Positions 12,225-26,287 are shown, numbered from the stretch's first letter. The stretch: 64,000 bases of DNA from Chiloscyllium plagiosum (GCF_004010195.1 NC_057752.1:8940766-9004765), one strand, 5' to 3'. Numbers and translations: made by a program. Notes: generated by a model not told the origin, from the letters alone.

Positions 12225-13750
12225 GAAACATAAGACCTGGAGTAGATTGTTCAGTCTATCAAGTCTACCCCGCTATTCAACTAAATTTGATTTTCTAGCT
12301 CAATGCCATTTTCTCACACTACCTCTGCATCCCTTCATGTCATTAGTTTCCAGAAACCTATTGATTTCTGTCTTGAACATGTTCAGTGATTGAACTTCCA
12401 CGGTCTCCTGGAACAGAGAATCCCAAAGATTCAACACCCTCTGAGTAAAGTCATTCCTCTTCATCTCAATCTCAGGAAAAAGTGTGGGCTTTTAAGACTA
12501 TGTCCATGGTTCTAGAGTTACCAGCCAGTGGAAACATCTTACCTACATCCACCCTGCCATGTCCTGGAAGAATTTTTTTAAGTTTCAATGAGATCACCTC
12601 TCATTGTTTGAAACTCCAGGGAATACAGATCCAGTTTCCTCAATCTCTGCTCATAAGAAAATGCTGCCCTCCAAGGGACTAATCTGGTGAACATGTGATG
12701 AATTCTCTCTATGGCAAGTGTATTCTTCCTTCGGACACCAAAACTGTACACAGTACTGTCTCACCACGGCTCTACACAAATGCAGCAAGACAACTTTATT
12801 TTTGTCCTCAAATCCCCTTGAACTGACTGCGAGCAGACTATTTGCTCTCCAAACTGTTTGCTACATCTGCATGCCAGCTTTCGTGACTATGAATAAGGAC
12901 ACCCAAGTCCCTTTGGTCATGCATATTCCCTAACTTCTCATCATTTAAGAAATATGCTGTCTTTTTGTTTTTTTTTCTATCAAAGTGGATAACTTTATTC
13001 CATCTGCCATGTTTTTGCCCATTTATACAGCCTGTCTAAGTCATTTTGAAGTCTCCATGCAGCCTTCTCACAACTTGCATTCCATTCCCACCGAGTTTGA
13101 TGTTACCTGCAAATGTGGAAATATTACAATTGATTCCCATAGCCAAGTCCTTTTGTAAATTGTGAACAGCTGAGGATCTAGTTCTGACTTTTGTGGTACC
13201 TCACGAGTAGTCTGCCATCCTAAAAATTATCCATTTATCCCTACTCTCTGTCTGTTGATCAATTCTCAACCCATACTAGCATAATCTCCCCAATCCTTGT
13301 GCTGTCGTATTGTTTACTTAGCCTCTGTGAGACTGTATCAAAAGCTTCCTGAAAATCCAAATGTACCACATCCACTGGTTTTCCCTTATCTATGCTAAAA
13401 CTAAGATCCTCAAAAAAGAATTGTCTGTTAAACATGACTTCCCTATCATAAATCCATGTTAACTCTACTCAATGTTTGCATTTTTGTTTAATTGTTTAGT
13501 TATCACATCATTTCTAAAATAGCTTGATGTCATCAGCAGGAAAATGTTATAATTCAACTGGTTTGTAGCTAACCATTCTCCCTCTTCCATTCTTAAATAG
13601 TGGCATTATATTAGCTACCTTCCAATCAGTAGAAAGTTTCCCAGAATATATAGAATTTCAAAAGATAGCCACCAATGCACCCACTATCTCTAAACTACTT
13701 CCTTCAATATTTTGGGATGAAGCTCATCTGGTCCAAGAAATTGATCAACT
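12225..13750 (-). mobile_element. Old degenerate CR1 RT fragment
   Basis: Reverse-strand remnants of DVVHLDFQEAFD, ISTFAGNIK and the CR1 3' UTR. Confidence 0.7.
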
Positions 13751-14267
13751 CTCGATCCAGCTCATTTTTCAAATTGAATATGATCATGAATGGTCATCAC
13801 AAAGTGTATGTGAAAAGAATGTCTCCTCTTGTGGGTCTGTCCACATCTAGGGGGTACTGTTTGAAAATTGGGGTTTTGCTCTTTTAGGACAGACGAGGAG
13901 AAATATTTACTCTTGGGGTTATGAGATATTGGAACTCCCTGCCTCAGAAGGTGGTGGAGGTGGGTCATTTTTAAGACACAAGCTGGTCGATTCCCTTGTC
14001 TAACAAGAATCTAAGGTTAATATAGATAGTTTCTGTTCTGAATTCCAACTTCCCATCTGAATAGCAATGAAGTTATTAAATGGCACAGCAGGCTTGAAGG
14101 GACAAAAAGTCTACATCTGCTATCTTGTATGTTCACGAGACAAAAGTCTCCCTTTTTATATAAGCTGGCTTGTAATAAACGCTACTGTTTTGGCCTTGGA
14201 GAGGCAGAGAGATATCTGACATGTCTGATGTTTCAATTTAACACCCATTTTCCATTGAAATTTTCAG

Positions 14268-14420
14268 TATTTCGAATACACATCTCGGTCTGAAATCCGC
14301 CACAACATCGGGAAGCAACTGTGTCTTCATGCTGTGTACGGCCCAGTTCGATTAGAGCTATGTAAATACAAAGGAAAGGATACAAGAGTGCCAGGAGAGG
14401 AACGCTGGGAAATTTTACAC
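14268..14420 (+). CDS. GALNT6: GALNT6-like penultimate coding exon (lectin beta repeat)
   Basis: ttttcag|TAT...CAC|gtaagt; 153 nt, phase 0/0; YFEYTSRSEIRHNIGKQLCLHAVYGPVRLELCKYKGKDTRVPGEERWEILH. Confidence 0.93.
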
Positions 14421-15364
14421 GTAAGTGTTGCATATAGATGGGAAGAGTGTTCTGTGGGAGCGGGTGAGAGTTTGGCTACTCTGCCTTTGCTTTTACTCGT
14501 GGTCATTCTTAATGCAATTCTTGATTGAGAGTTTTGGTATCCACTACTGATCCTTTACTCATCCAAATCTTTGCAAACAAACCTGTACCTGGAATCTACT
14601 GACTAAAATACAGAATGGGGAGATGGGTTTACTTTTCTTTCTGTAGCCCAAAAGTAGCAAGATTGATTGTACTGTCTTCCTCTGGCACCTGGGATTAATA
14701 TCTGTTAACTTGCCACATACAGAGAATCAAACCTAGGGCTTTCCCAACTGGTTTTGCTGTTCACTGAATAAAACCTACAGACCCATCAAAGAACTTGAAA
14801 TGGATTGCACCTGAAATAAGGGAAACTTGTAAACATTAACCAAATAGCCAAGGGATCTTGTAGCTTATAGCAGCATCCCAATTAACTCAGAGTGCAGCAT
14901 GACATGTCTGAACTGGCTGATTTTTAAAAATCAGTTTTTTTTTACTTAGTAGCCATTTCTGTAACTAATCTTTCTCTATTGATAGTTGCTCTCTTAACCT
15001 TCTCTTACTCCTTTAAACTACAAATGTATTGACCTGTGTCTTCGCTAGATTGATTAGCGAGACTCGCTCAATAGGTTCTGACTCAAGTTTATTCTTTTCC
15101 AGAGTCCAGAACTATAGAATTCTTTATCATTCTCTATTTCCCATTGTCCTGTGATCCTTAGGATTTTGAAAGCTAAGCATGACGCTGCTGAACCTCAACT
15201 ACTTAGGTTCCCTTCCCATCGTATTGTATTTTTCAGCTTTGATCATGTCCTGTTTTGCAGGTCTTGATCAATAACCTTGCTTCTCATTTATAAAACAAAG
15301 TGTGTTGATTTTGGACAGGAAAGAGATGGGGAGATTACATTTTATTGTATTAACAGATCATCTT

Positions 15365-15790
15365 GTCATACAACATAGAACAGTACAGCATAGGAATAGC
15401 CCTTCGGCCCACGATGACGCCAAATGAAACTAATCCCTTCTGCGTGCCCTCGGTCCAGAGCCCTCCATTCCTTGCATATTCATGTGCTTATCTAAGAGTC
15501 CCATAAATGCCCTTGTCAAGTCTGCTGACACCACTATGCCTGGCAGTGGGTTCCAGACACCTACCACTCTGCTTGTTTTTTAAAAAAAAAACTTGCCTCT
15601 CATGTCTCACTTGAACTCTCCTTCTGCAACCCCCACCCCCTTAAATACATTGCCCCTAGTTTTAGACATTTCACCTCTGGGAAAAAGATTTGAACCGTCA
15701 ACCCTATTAATGCATCTCATAATTTTATAGACTTCTATCAAGTCTCCCCTCAGCCTCCAATGCTCAAGAGAAAACAGCCTGAATTTTTGC
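15365..15790 (-). mobile_element. CR1 3' fragment
   Basis: RLFSLEHWRLRGDLIEVYKIMR...SKTRG motif. Confidence 0.8.
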
Positions 15791-16232
15791 AAATTGTCTG
15801 CTACCCTCCAGCAGTACTTAATTGGCTGTAGTGTGCTTTGGGACACCCTGAGCTCTATAAAGGTGTTATATAAATGCCATAGTTCTTGCATTTGATCTCT
15901 GTCTCTGCACTAGGAAAGGGCAAGATCAGCCAGATTTAGTCTGTTTGTACCCAGTAATTGACTTGCTGTGATCTTGATTTTTTTTAAATTTCCTCTGCCC
16001 AAACTCCTGTCCACCATGGCATAATATTGAACAGAATGCTCAGACTCACTCATTGTCTGTGATTATACCTCACAAATGAGCATTGAAATGATGCAGGGCA
16101 AATTGTAAGCACATGTCCCAGGAAATGAGGAGAGTGAATTTCGGTGAAAATAGATGGGAGAAACCTTCGAATTCCAAATAAAGAGATGTAGTAACCTGAT
16201 GTTAGTTGAATCACTCTGGTATGTTATCTATA

Positions 16233-16321
16233 AGAAGAAGGGCTTATGCCCGAAACGTCGATTCTCCTGTTCCCTGGATGCTGCCTGACCTGCTGCGCTT
16301 TTCCAGCAACACATTTTCAGC
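16233..16321 (+). mobile_element. Young PLE family-B 3' fragment in the last GALNT6 intron
   Basis: TSD tatgttatctata (16220-16232 / 16322-16334); sequence matches the right arm of the 63606-63776 palindrome. Confidence 0.85.
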
Positions 16322-16560
16322 TATGTTATCTATAGTCTGATAGACCATCCCCTTAGTGTATCATCCTTTATTCATATCCAGACCTGTGACATCGAAAATA
16401 TTAATTTTAAAATACTACATATTCTGGACTTGACATTGTATTGCCAGATTCATTGGCTTATAAGCAATGAGCTTTATATAAAGGCGATAGCAAATCCCCA
16501 AACTGGGGAGACAGGTGGGGGTGAAGCACAGGTTATTAACTTGTACTTTTTTTTTCCCAG

Positions 16561-16671
16561 GACAACCTAAAAAATTCTGCCACAAATCAGTGCTTGACTG
16601 CATCAGGACAGAACCCAACCATGGCCTCGTGCAACTCTGCAGACCCGTATCAGCAGTGGTCTTTTATCTAG
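16561..16671 (+). CDS. GALNT6: GALNT6-like terminal coding exon (lectin gamma repeat, stop TAG)
   Basis: Long polypyrimidine tract ...tttcccag|GAC; DNLKNSATNQCLTASGQNPTMASCNSADPYQQWSFI*; C-terminal QxW. GALNT6 preferred over GALNT3 from C-terminal similarity and adjacency to CELA1. Confidence 0.9.
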   Translation, partial: DNLKNSATNQCLTASGQNPTMASCNSADPYQQWSFI

Positions 16672-19600
16672 CCAGAGGGAGGAGCTGCTCCAAGGAAGCA
16701 TCAGAATTGGATTAAAAGTGGACAACATTGAAGTGGCCTGATTTAAAAGCCAGCCTTTCACCATTGAACCTTTTCGTGACTGTGGATTTTGCCTCTAAGC
16801 ATGGAGAGCAAAGAAATCTCGTGGATTGTGGATTTCCACAATATTTTTTCTGTGTCCCATTTGCTCTGGAATTGAAGTTATCCCCTTCTAATTATTTTAT
16901 ATATTTAATGTTATCTTACCCCACCTCCCCATCATTGAATATTCCACATTTAAAAATGAATATGATTTGCACTGAGAAAGAGAATACATTTGTTTTTAGG
17001 AACCTCTGCATGTTCCAGAAGATTTATGTGTCAGATTTAGGTGGATTTGGATTAGATTCAATTTACAGGTATATCAATTCAGCACTGTGACCCAAAGCAA
17101 GGCAGTAACAAAATGTGATACCATCTTATGCATTTCATGCATTATGCAGCAGGAAGTAAATGGGAATGAATTGTGCTGTCGTTTACTTCCTGTTAATGGA
17201 AGAAAGGGAGTGGGGAGATTGTTGTCTGAACTAGTGTTTTGATATTTTCTTTGTCCAAATGTGGCTGAGAATTCCTGTTGAAATTCCTCAAATTTTGGGT
17301 TGGGAAACAAATCATTTCAAATTTGATGACATTCGCTTTGATAGTCTCCACCATTCCATGCAGTCTAGCATCTCAACAAATTCCTTAAACACCATGAAAC
17401 CCTAGGTGCAGCACCAGAAATACAATTATATGGGATTCCTGTTGCAAGCTGTTAATTAAGCCGGTAATTGGGAAACAGACAAGGCAGTTCTCTGAATGGT
17501 AAATGCTCAACCTAAGCCAGGCTGTCAAAATGACAAACGCAAGGAAGGGATTTTTCAACAGAGAAAAAAAAATGGGAGGACAAGTCTATTCAGAAAATCT
17601 GCAATAATGTTATTGCATGTTGGAACATAGTACTTACTGAAAAGTTTGGGCTTGGATCTTGGTCCAGTCTCTCTATCCTTGGTTTAGAATGATACACTTT
17701 CTCAATTGAAACAGTGCTGAATTTAAAACCAGTTCGGCTGAAAAGGTTGTGGATTCAACCCTGCCATCTACTTTGACAGTACAGCACTCATTCAATAGGA
17801 TTGTTTCTTTGGATGAGATGTTGAACTATAACTCCATCTGCTCCCATGGTACATAAATGCAGGTTTGTTAACTCAGTTTGGAGTTTAACTATGATGAGTC
17901 ATCAATGTCTTAATATAAGTTATTGTATATTTTGGCACACCATGTATCAGGGCTCTAGTCAGAGATGGCAAGAGATAGTTGTTTTCCTATGAAGTTATAA
18001 ACCCCCTCTCAACTATTCACCAGGGAAAGATGTAGATAGGAAAGACATTTCTCCTGAAGGTAGTGGGATGGTAAAGTGTGTTACCTCAAAGTTAACATTT
18101 TAAATAAGAGAAGGGTACGTGGGCTGGAGACAGCACAAGGATCATGTTGAAATGGACCAGAAAAAAAAACACTGAAGCTCCTTGAATCATTCAAGTGAGA
18201 CTTTTCCAGCAGAAATCTGGGGACAAATGTGTTCTGGTTTTTGATATTCTTCAATTAGTACAAATTACGAATCTCCAAAAGAATATTGTATCAAATGGGA
18301 AACTAATATTAAAGGGAAAGTGTAACCCTAATCAATGGTTGAGTCATTCCTATTCCAAGCTCTGCAAATGTGAAGCTTCCTCTGGTACTGGCACTGGTAA
18401 TGTTGCTGGTGTGGAAATTCGCCTGTAGATCACTGCTGCCCTTAAACTATGCAAGCTGCATTATTGTTATTCCGAAGTACTATATTCCTTCCTGAAGGGA
18501 GATTCCATCCTGGAGGGAGCTTTCTTAGTCCAGTACCTTTTCCATTGTGTAGTTAACCTAAAATGCTTGTAACACACAATTGTAGCCCATGTTTACATCA
18601 CCACATCAGGAAGATTAAACTGATGCACCTGTGCCTTGTTCTCACCAAACTGTAGGATGTGTGTTTCCCGCACTGTTTGGATTCACTTGCTGAGTCAGTG
18701 AACAGTTCCAGGTTTGCAGCTCATTAGTATGGAATTAGCTGGTTCCAGTTGAGATGGCAATGGAGCACTACAATTGAGTTGAATGTCTCTGAGTTGAAAT
18801 AGTTGGCTGCAATTCCCTCTTCTAATTCTTACAAAGTGATATGCAGAATCAGGATTAACACTGAAATGGTCTGCTAACACTCACCATGCAGGCTTAGGCA
18901 TTATTCCCACTTAGATAACAGTGAGGCTGGTGCCTGTGGAACCATGTCAGCAAGGAAAACCCACAGAAGGACAGAAGAAGAAATTGACAAGGGAAAATTA
19001 AAATCAAAAGTGTGCATTTAAAATTTCTGCTCAGTGACAATGGAGTAACCAACAAATGAGCAGAATGGAGCATGAGCAATTGCTGTTGCAATTGGGTTTG
19101 GATTTGTGCTTAAGTGAAGTTGACATTGTACCATGAATATAACCCAGGTGTGAAGAAGCTATCACATTAAATCATAGTAGGTATATTACAAACAGTGGCT
19201 TGTTTGTAAGCTGCAATACTGCTCTGGACTGTCCAGCCATTCGATCACTGAGCAGAGTTCTGGAATTGTCAAAACTGTTCTATCTGCGGGAGAAAGCATC
19301 TGAACCAACTTTACGGGTAAACATGGACACTTTTTTTTTCCCCTTTAGGTAGAATGCACACAGCTGCATTTCTAGAGATGAGCGCGATCAGAAAAAGTGG
19401 AATCTGTATATGAGAGTTGTATAACTTGTGTTAATTTAAATGCTTACAAACCAATTTGCACATTGTTCGATATGTATGTGTGTATTAACAGCACAGTTGA
19501 AAAGGGTTTCAGGTCATTTTGGCTAATCTAAATCCCTAAACAATTGCTTCACAGAGGTAGCCGTGCTGAGCCCACTGAACTGCATGAGGCTATTTTGACT

Positions 19601-20823
19601 GTGGGTTAGTGATTTCCTAATTTAATGTTTCATATTTTAATTGAAATGAAAACTATATTTTTCTAATCTTTTTAGAATATTGACTTGTAAAATGCTCTGA
19701 TTTGTGATTGCACTTCTGCAAATGTGGAATTGAAATCCCACTGGTAAGCAAGCACCAAAGAACCTCTATCTTCTCCTCACAACATCATTCTGATAATAAA
19801 TCATGGGGGTGATCATCCTGTACTACAGTGAGCCTAAACTTGCTCTTCCCAGATAAATTTATAATTTAGCCAACAAGGCTGCAAACAATTCAACATTCAT
19901 CTGCCTAATGGGTTGTTGTTATTCTGTTTTGGACTTTGAGCTTGTTTCATACAACATAATTGTAACTGGTGTTAGGTGCCAGTTGTATTCATTACTAGAG
20001 ACTGACTTAGAAACTAGAATGATCTCCAAAGGGTAGAATGTTGCTATTGCAATCTTCACCTCTCCTCTTCCCCAACTACTATCATCACTATGCTGATTTT
20101 CAATTGAATACTGATTTTTATTTTTGAAAATTGACTTTCAGGGTGTTATAATAATTTTTAAATGTGATGTCTAATTCTGAAGAACTTCACCCTCAATGTT
20201 TGTAGATCTGAAGGCTGCTATGTTGTGTACGTGTTTCCTATTGTATGTCTGTTATACAGACTACTATCTGCAGCAAGGCTAGACTGTTCTTTCAGAAATG
20301 CAGGGAATCTGGTAAAATAATTGGAAAATTGAGTAACTACCAGTGAATATTGCCAGTGCAACTTGCTGTGTTAAGAAATCCCTCTTTAAAGATGCAGGGT
20401 TACTCCCTGTTAGCTCAGTGAATAAGTACACCTTCCTCTGCACTACTAAGTCATGAAGGTCAGGGAAGGCTTAAGTTCATTTCCATCTTGTGCTTCATTA
20501 GCTGAGCAACAGCCAGGGTACTATGATCAGTTTTGATGGGGAAAAGGAGGGAAAATTAGTCAGGATGCCTGATGTTCTGACAAATACTTACTGCTTGTAA
20601 CATCAAAAATAGATACTGTGGTCATACACCACATTGTGGCTAGTGGGACCTTGCTGTGTGCATTTCCTAAATTCCAACAATAGTCCAAAGTAAAAAAAAA
20701 TTTAATTGACAGTAAAGCATGTTGCAATGCCCTGACACCGTGAAAGATGCTACATTGAAGAGAACAAAAGGTACTTGGTCCAGAGCAAGTATGCCCATTG
20801 GCATCCATTGATCCAAATTCCAG

Positions 20824-20974
20824 ACAAAAAAACTGAAATCACTACAGATGCTGGAAATCTGAAACAAAAAGCGTTCTGAAGGGTCACTGGATACGAAACG
20901 TTAACTCTAATTTCTCTCTACAGCTGCTGCCAGACCTGCTGAGATTCTCCAGCAATTTCTGTTTTTTTTCGATG
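20824..20974. mobile_element. PLE-derived mini-element (family C) with decayed hammerhead
   Basis: gttctgaa-gggtc-actg-gatac-gaaacgttaac; same family at about 33680-33815, 36160-36300, 47760-48250 and 62030-62125. Confidence 0.7.
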
Positions 20975-21170
20975 CTGGAATTTGGATCAGTTATTAATGA
21001 GCTAAGGGGAAAAAACTGGATGAAGAAGTCACACTGAGCTGGCACTGAACTTTCCCTAAAGGCTTCTTTACTAGCAGTTGAAACTCTTTCTAATAAATGC
21101 TGTTTCCTACTATCCAGCACCTCTGAATATTGTTTTTGTCTTATCTAATTTTGAACAAAACTTACTGTAT

Positions 21171-21176
21171 AATAAA
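21171..21176 (+). terminator. Candidate polyadenylation signal of a long GALNT6 3' UTR
   Basis: AATAAA followed by GT/T-rich downstream sequence (gggagtgttgttgatt); other AATAAA candidates exist (e.g. 19795, 21092). Confidence 0.3.
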
Positions 21177-21599
21177 ATCAATGTTCTAATTGTGGGAGTG
21201 TTGTTGATTATTCCCTTTTCTTAATCTATTAGTTTGATACAAATGGTGCAATGACTCTCACAGATGTGCTTAAATGTGGAGCAAAATAAGTACTTGAGAG
21301 CTTCCTGGCCTCTTCCAAAGCCAAAAGTGTTTTGCTATCAAACCTGCTCTTGCTGAGGAATAAATACATTAGGGCAAAGTGAGTTGAGGAACAGGCACCG
21401 TCTAACAACTTGTAGCTAGTCTTTGGGATAATTTGGGGAAAGGGAATAGATTATTGCATACGTTGGATATAGAATGTCCTGGTGGAGCTCATCAGATGAT
21501 ATAGTATGTAAATACTGCATATCATCCAGAAGATTACACATTTGATCACCTATCTATGCTAATCTTAATGGGTGTGATTGGATGCTACATGTTTTTGTA

Positions 21600-22266
21600 C
21601 AGAGGAACATCGATTATCTGAATATCAATTATCTGAATTTTGGATTATCCGAAGGAGATCTCGAGGTCCCGGTAGAAACATTACATCAAAGACATGTTTC
21701 CAACACTGATCGTGTCTTTTGTTTACAGTGATTAAAAGTGAACTCTGCTTACTGAAATGTTACTGAGAACAGTCCTGGACATCGATGGGAGCCCAGACGC
21801 CGTCTCCAAGTGACTGACCTCCCACGCTCTCACTCTCACTCTCTCTCTCCACCCACACACTTTCCCTGGAGTTCAACACAGGGGTGTACCCTAAACCTCC
21901 CTTCCCCAGATAATCTCTCCAACATTGTCCTGTACAGGGTAAAGGTAAAACCTGTCAAAAAGTTGCAGTAAAACTTTGTGTGCGCACTATTTGGAGACTC
22001 TTTCCGACCGCCCCCCCCCCCCCCAAAAAAAAGGCAGCAGCAGTCTTACTGTTGATGTCTGGTCCGGCTGCCCTGGTGCGGGAGGGGGAGTGATCAGGGG
22101 TGGAGAGCTGCGCACGGTGTGCTGCTGTCTCATCTCCTGGACAGGGAGCGGGCCTAACAGAAAACTGAGCCCCCAGAGGAAAGGCATTGAATCAGTTAAC
22201 CAAATAATCAATTATCCGAATGAAATAGGGCCTGCCCATTTCGTTCAGATAATTGAGGTTCCTCTG
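21600..22266. mobile_element. Non-autonomous Tc1/mariner (Tigger/pogo-like) MITE
   Basis: TIRs CAGAGGAACATCGATTATCTGAA / TTCAGATAATTGAGGTTCCTCTG, TA on both sides, subterminal attatc(c/t)gaa repeats, no transposase. Confidence 0.88.
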
Positions 22267-22992
22267 TATTAGGTTACTGAAGGGGTTAAAAAAATCAATA
22301 AGATTCCTCTTCTGAGTGTTATTCTGTAACTGTTGCCACAAAGCTGACGGGTGTCAAACAAATACCGGATTGGTCTCTGACACAATGTACTCAGCAACCT
22401 GCTCTCACACTCACTGTCTGGCCTCACCATGAAGTATCACTTGGTGAGCTCCTAGGATGCAGCAGGTGCTGTAGAACTGTACCCCAGCAAGATATGGCAC
22501 TTTAACAAGGCGCGAACAGCATCTCCCATGAGTTTTCCTTCAACATTAGTCAAAACAGATGGAAATTATAGAAAAAGGGCCATGTGTAATCTACATGGTG
22601 TTCCTAGGTCATTTTTTTAAACCTACAGTCTGTTCCTGCAGTTGTTCTGTAAATTGCGGATCTTATGGCTATGTTGACCTACACACAGATGCTCATCAGA
22701 TAATAAAATCTTTATTTGACTTTTAAAGTGTTAAAGCACTGTTTACAACTTGTGTGCTTTGCCAATTTCTTCTCTGAGTTGTATCCCTAGCTTTGTTTTT
22801 CCTTTTGAATTCCATGTGAGGCACTCATTGTGAAGCTCATTGGAAAAAACAACCTCAAAACCTTGCTGATTTAGCTTAGCTGCCTCTAATATCCAATACA
22901 TATGACTCTTTTCCTATAAAATACAGGAATGAATAGTATGGATATCAGAGCATGGACACAAACAAGTTATAGGTTTGTGCATTATGTTTCAT

Positions 22993-23299
22993 AGAATTCC
23001 TAACCGTGCGGAAACAGGAAATCTGGCCCAACAAGTCCACACTGACCCTCTGAAGAGTATCCCAACCAGACCTGTTCACCTAGTCTACACATCTCTGAAC
23101 ACTATGGGCAATTTAGCATGGCCAATTCACCTAACGCGCATCTTTGGATTGTGGGAGGAAACCGGAGCACCCCAGAGGAAACCCACACAGACACAGGGAG
23201 AACATACAAACTCCACACAGATAGTCACCCGAAGCTGGAATTGAAGCCGGGTCCCTGGTGCTGTGAGACAGCAGTGCTAATCACTGAACCACCGTGCCA
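22993..23299 (-). mobile_element. HE1-type V-SINE (elasmobranch)
   Basis: tRNA head (ggcacggtggttcagtg...ttcaattcc) and V-domain gtgtggagtttg...ctccggtttcctcccaca; other copies at 41231-41553, 46875-47190, 54406-54580 (3' part) and 57963-58193. Confidence 0.85.
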
Positions 23300-23774
23300 T
23301 CCTGAATTACTCCATTGAATGTGAATAGAATGAAGAACTCTTCTCAGGCTGTAATACAACGAGATCATTGACGGAAGTTAAAACACTTTTTGCAGGCATT
23401 TTCAGGGTTTCTCCATTATCACAAATACCCTGTCATGCGTGTCATTTGAAATAACAACAAAACGCTGGAAAAGCTTAGCGGGTGTCATAGTATACGTGAA
23501 AGAGAGAGCAAGAGAGTGTGATAACGCTTTTTAAGGCCCATGGGAGCCACTAATTAATCTCCCTCTGGAGCTCTTTGTGTCTGAGTTCCTTTGATAACAG
23601 GCAATGGTCTGCCTAGCCAGAACTCATCACCTAAGTCCTTTATAGAGCAGACCCAGGGATGAGTCGGCAGAACTCTGTTCTGGGCTGGAACTAGCCTATG
23701 CATGCCACAAGTAGTCGCTCTATTTTGATGTTCAACAATAAATGCTGTTCCTTTCCAGTCGGGTTTCCTGAGTT

Positions 23775-25615
23775 ATTACAGAGAAACACTTGATGTTTCA
23801 AGATCAGTGTTCATCAAAATAGAGGAAATGTTTAAAAAAAAACAGGTTTTGAGTAAACAAAGTGAGGAAGGAGAATAAGCAAAAGGGAAGGCCTGTGAAA
23901 GGTGAAAGGCAGGAGTGAGTAAATGACAAAAAAAAAGTGCAAGGAAAAATGAAATGCCAATATTGCAAATTATGAAACAAAAGTTGGATTTACAAGAGAT
24001 GTGAATAAAAAAGCTCAATCAACAATTACCATTAGGGAAAAAATGAGAATGGTCATTATGAGTTAAAGTTGTTGAACTACAGAAGGCTGTAACGTGTCCA
24101 ACTGAAAGATGACGTGCTGTTCCTTAAGCTTCATTAGATTACTGCAGGATGTTAAGGAGAGACAGTGCAATATTTCTCCTTCCTTGAGGTAGTGAAGAAG
24201 GGCAAATAATTAGGCAATTTGGCCTTGGAGAGTTATATGTCCCATTCTTTCCACATCAACAATTAGATGCCAGGTGAGCAGGTCCATTTGGGACATTTAA
24301 CTCCTCCAATAGTTAAGACCCTTTAGTAGTCAATTTGTGGCCTTTCAAGAGCCTCCACTTGGCACCAGCTCAACTACCAGGTTTCCTGGCAATTGGGACA
24401 GGGAGGGGTAGGCAAGGGGGTGGCTACTTAAAGTCATCACCCTGCCCTTGCCTCCAAACTGTTTGCCCCCAACCCAAAAAAAATTCTCCTCTCCCAATGA
24501 ACTTTACCTTGCAAGACCTGAAAGAAAAATATCTAGCTTCTCACTGTTGGATATCCTCAAGTGACCCCTTGGAAACTAAGCCTCGAGCAATCATCTCTAG
24601 AACTAAGATGTTGCCAGCTTCTGACAACTTCTGATAAGGCAGAACATCAATATCAAGACCCAAATCTCACTAATTATCTCATGACTAGGTGATTGGAGCT
24701 CAATTTGGGGAGCTTTCTGTCACCACTGAACGTCTCCACCTCCAAACCTGGGTGCTGGTGTATTGAATCTCAACAAGCAAGTTCAGCAAAGCAGAGTGGA
24801 GAGTGAAAATAACAGGCAACCGGAAGCTTGACTCGTGATTTAAACCAAGATGTTCTACAAAGTGATCATCCAATCTCTATTTGGTCTCCTCAATGTGGAG
24901 AGACTGCATTGTGACTACCAGTGTACTAAATTGAAAGTACGAGTAAATCATTCCATCTGAAAGCAGTGTCTAGAGACTTGGACAGTGGGAAGGGAGAAAG
25001 AGGAAAGGTAGGTGTTGCAGCTTGTGCATTTTAATGGGTAGATGGTACTGGAAGGGGAGAGCCATTAAGAATGAAGAAGAATGGCCGAGGTCGCCATGTA
25101 GGGAATGGTCTCTGGAATGCTGAAAGGGAATACAAGGATGTGTTTGGTAGCGATGTCAAGTTGAGGCGGCAGAGTATGATCTGTTCAATGTGGAGGCTGG
25201 TCGGGTGAAAATAAGGACAAGGGGAATTTTGTTGTGATTCTGAGAAGGAGAGGAAAGAGTTAAGAGCAGAAGAGTATAAAATGGAACAAATGTGATTGAA
25301 GATGAGATGGTGGGTAGAGGAAAAGAATAGTGATATTGTCAGAACACCTGTGACAGACAAAGAAACAGACAGAGTGAAATAGAACCCTTGCAGGCAACAG
25401 GTGGGAGAAGGTAGAGTCAACATAGTTGTAGGAGATAATGGATATTGGTTGATAGGCTACTAACGAAAATGGAACTAGAGGGTGAAGGAACAACAAAGTC
25501 TGAGGTGGACCATTGAAAGGGTGGAAATTAAAAGTAAAGCTAATTAAATCTTGCAGTCTGGGGTAACAGTTTGAAATGGTGCCAATACAATCATCAATGT
25601 ACTCGAAAAGGAGGG
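23775..25615 (-). mobile_element. Old PLE fragment (RT thumb + GIY-YIG), interrupted at about 24160-24780
   Basis: Reverse-strand remnants HIEETK.RLDDHFVEH, KLKEQHVIFQL and a purine-rich 3' region. Confidence 0.55.
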
Positions 25616-25934
25616 ATCTTGTTATTTGGAGATTTTATTTAATCAATCTGCTCAGAGATGCTATGACACACCTCTGCAGCAGGTGGGATTTGAATCCAGG
25701 CCTTTTGATCCAAAGGTAAGGACATTGCCACTGCACCACAAGAGCCCTTTCCCTTATTAATTGTATTGTATGTTAGCAGTGTTAATAGCTCCTTGCTTTA
25801 TTGCTCATTTCAGTTGCTCTCATTTTTTAAAATGCTGTATTCATTTCACAGTTTAGCAAGCTAAACAACATGATTCTATTTGCAATTTGCATCAACTAAA
25901 AAATTGCAATTAACAGGGAAACTATGTACACATT

Positions 25935-26287
25935 ATCAGAAAGAAGGAACTTCCAATTGTATAGCACTGTTTACGTCCTGTGGACAAAAATGCCAATTTG
26001 CGCATGAGAACCCCTCAGAACAGAAATAAGATAATTGACCAGATTGTCTGTTTTTAGTGATATTGGTTGCAAGATAAATGTTACTCAGAAAATTGGGACA
26101 ATGATCCAATTTATTTGAAATGATGCCATCTAAAAAGGCACAGAGGAGTTTACATCCAAAAGGTAGCACCTGTGAAAGGACTGCACTCCCTCAATATTGC
26201 ACTGGACTGTTGGCTTAGACTATATATTCAACTCCTCAAGTGTGCCTTGTAAGGGATAAAAATGCTACCACAAAACCATGGCTGACC
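25935..26287 (-). mobile_element. DeuSINE (SacSINE1-like), degenerate
   Basis: Reverse complement of the 27180-27580 family (ccagtgcaatattgagggagtgcag...aggtgctaccttttggatg; aaccaatatcactaaaaacaga). Confidence 0.6.
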
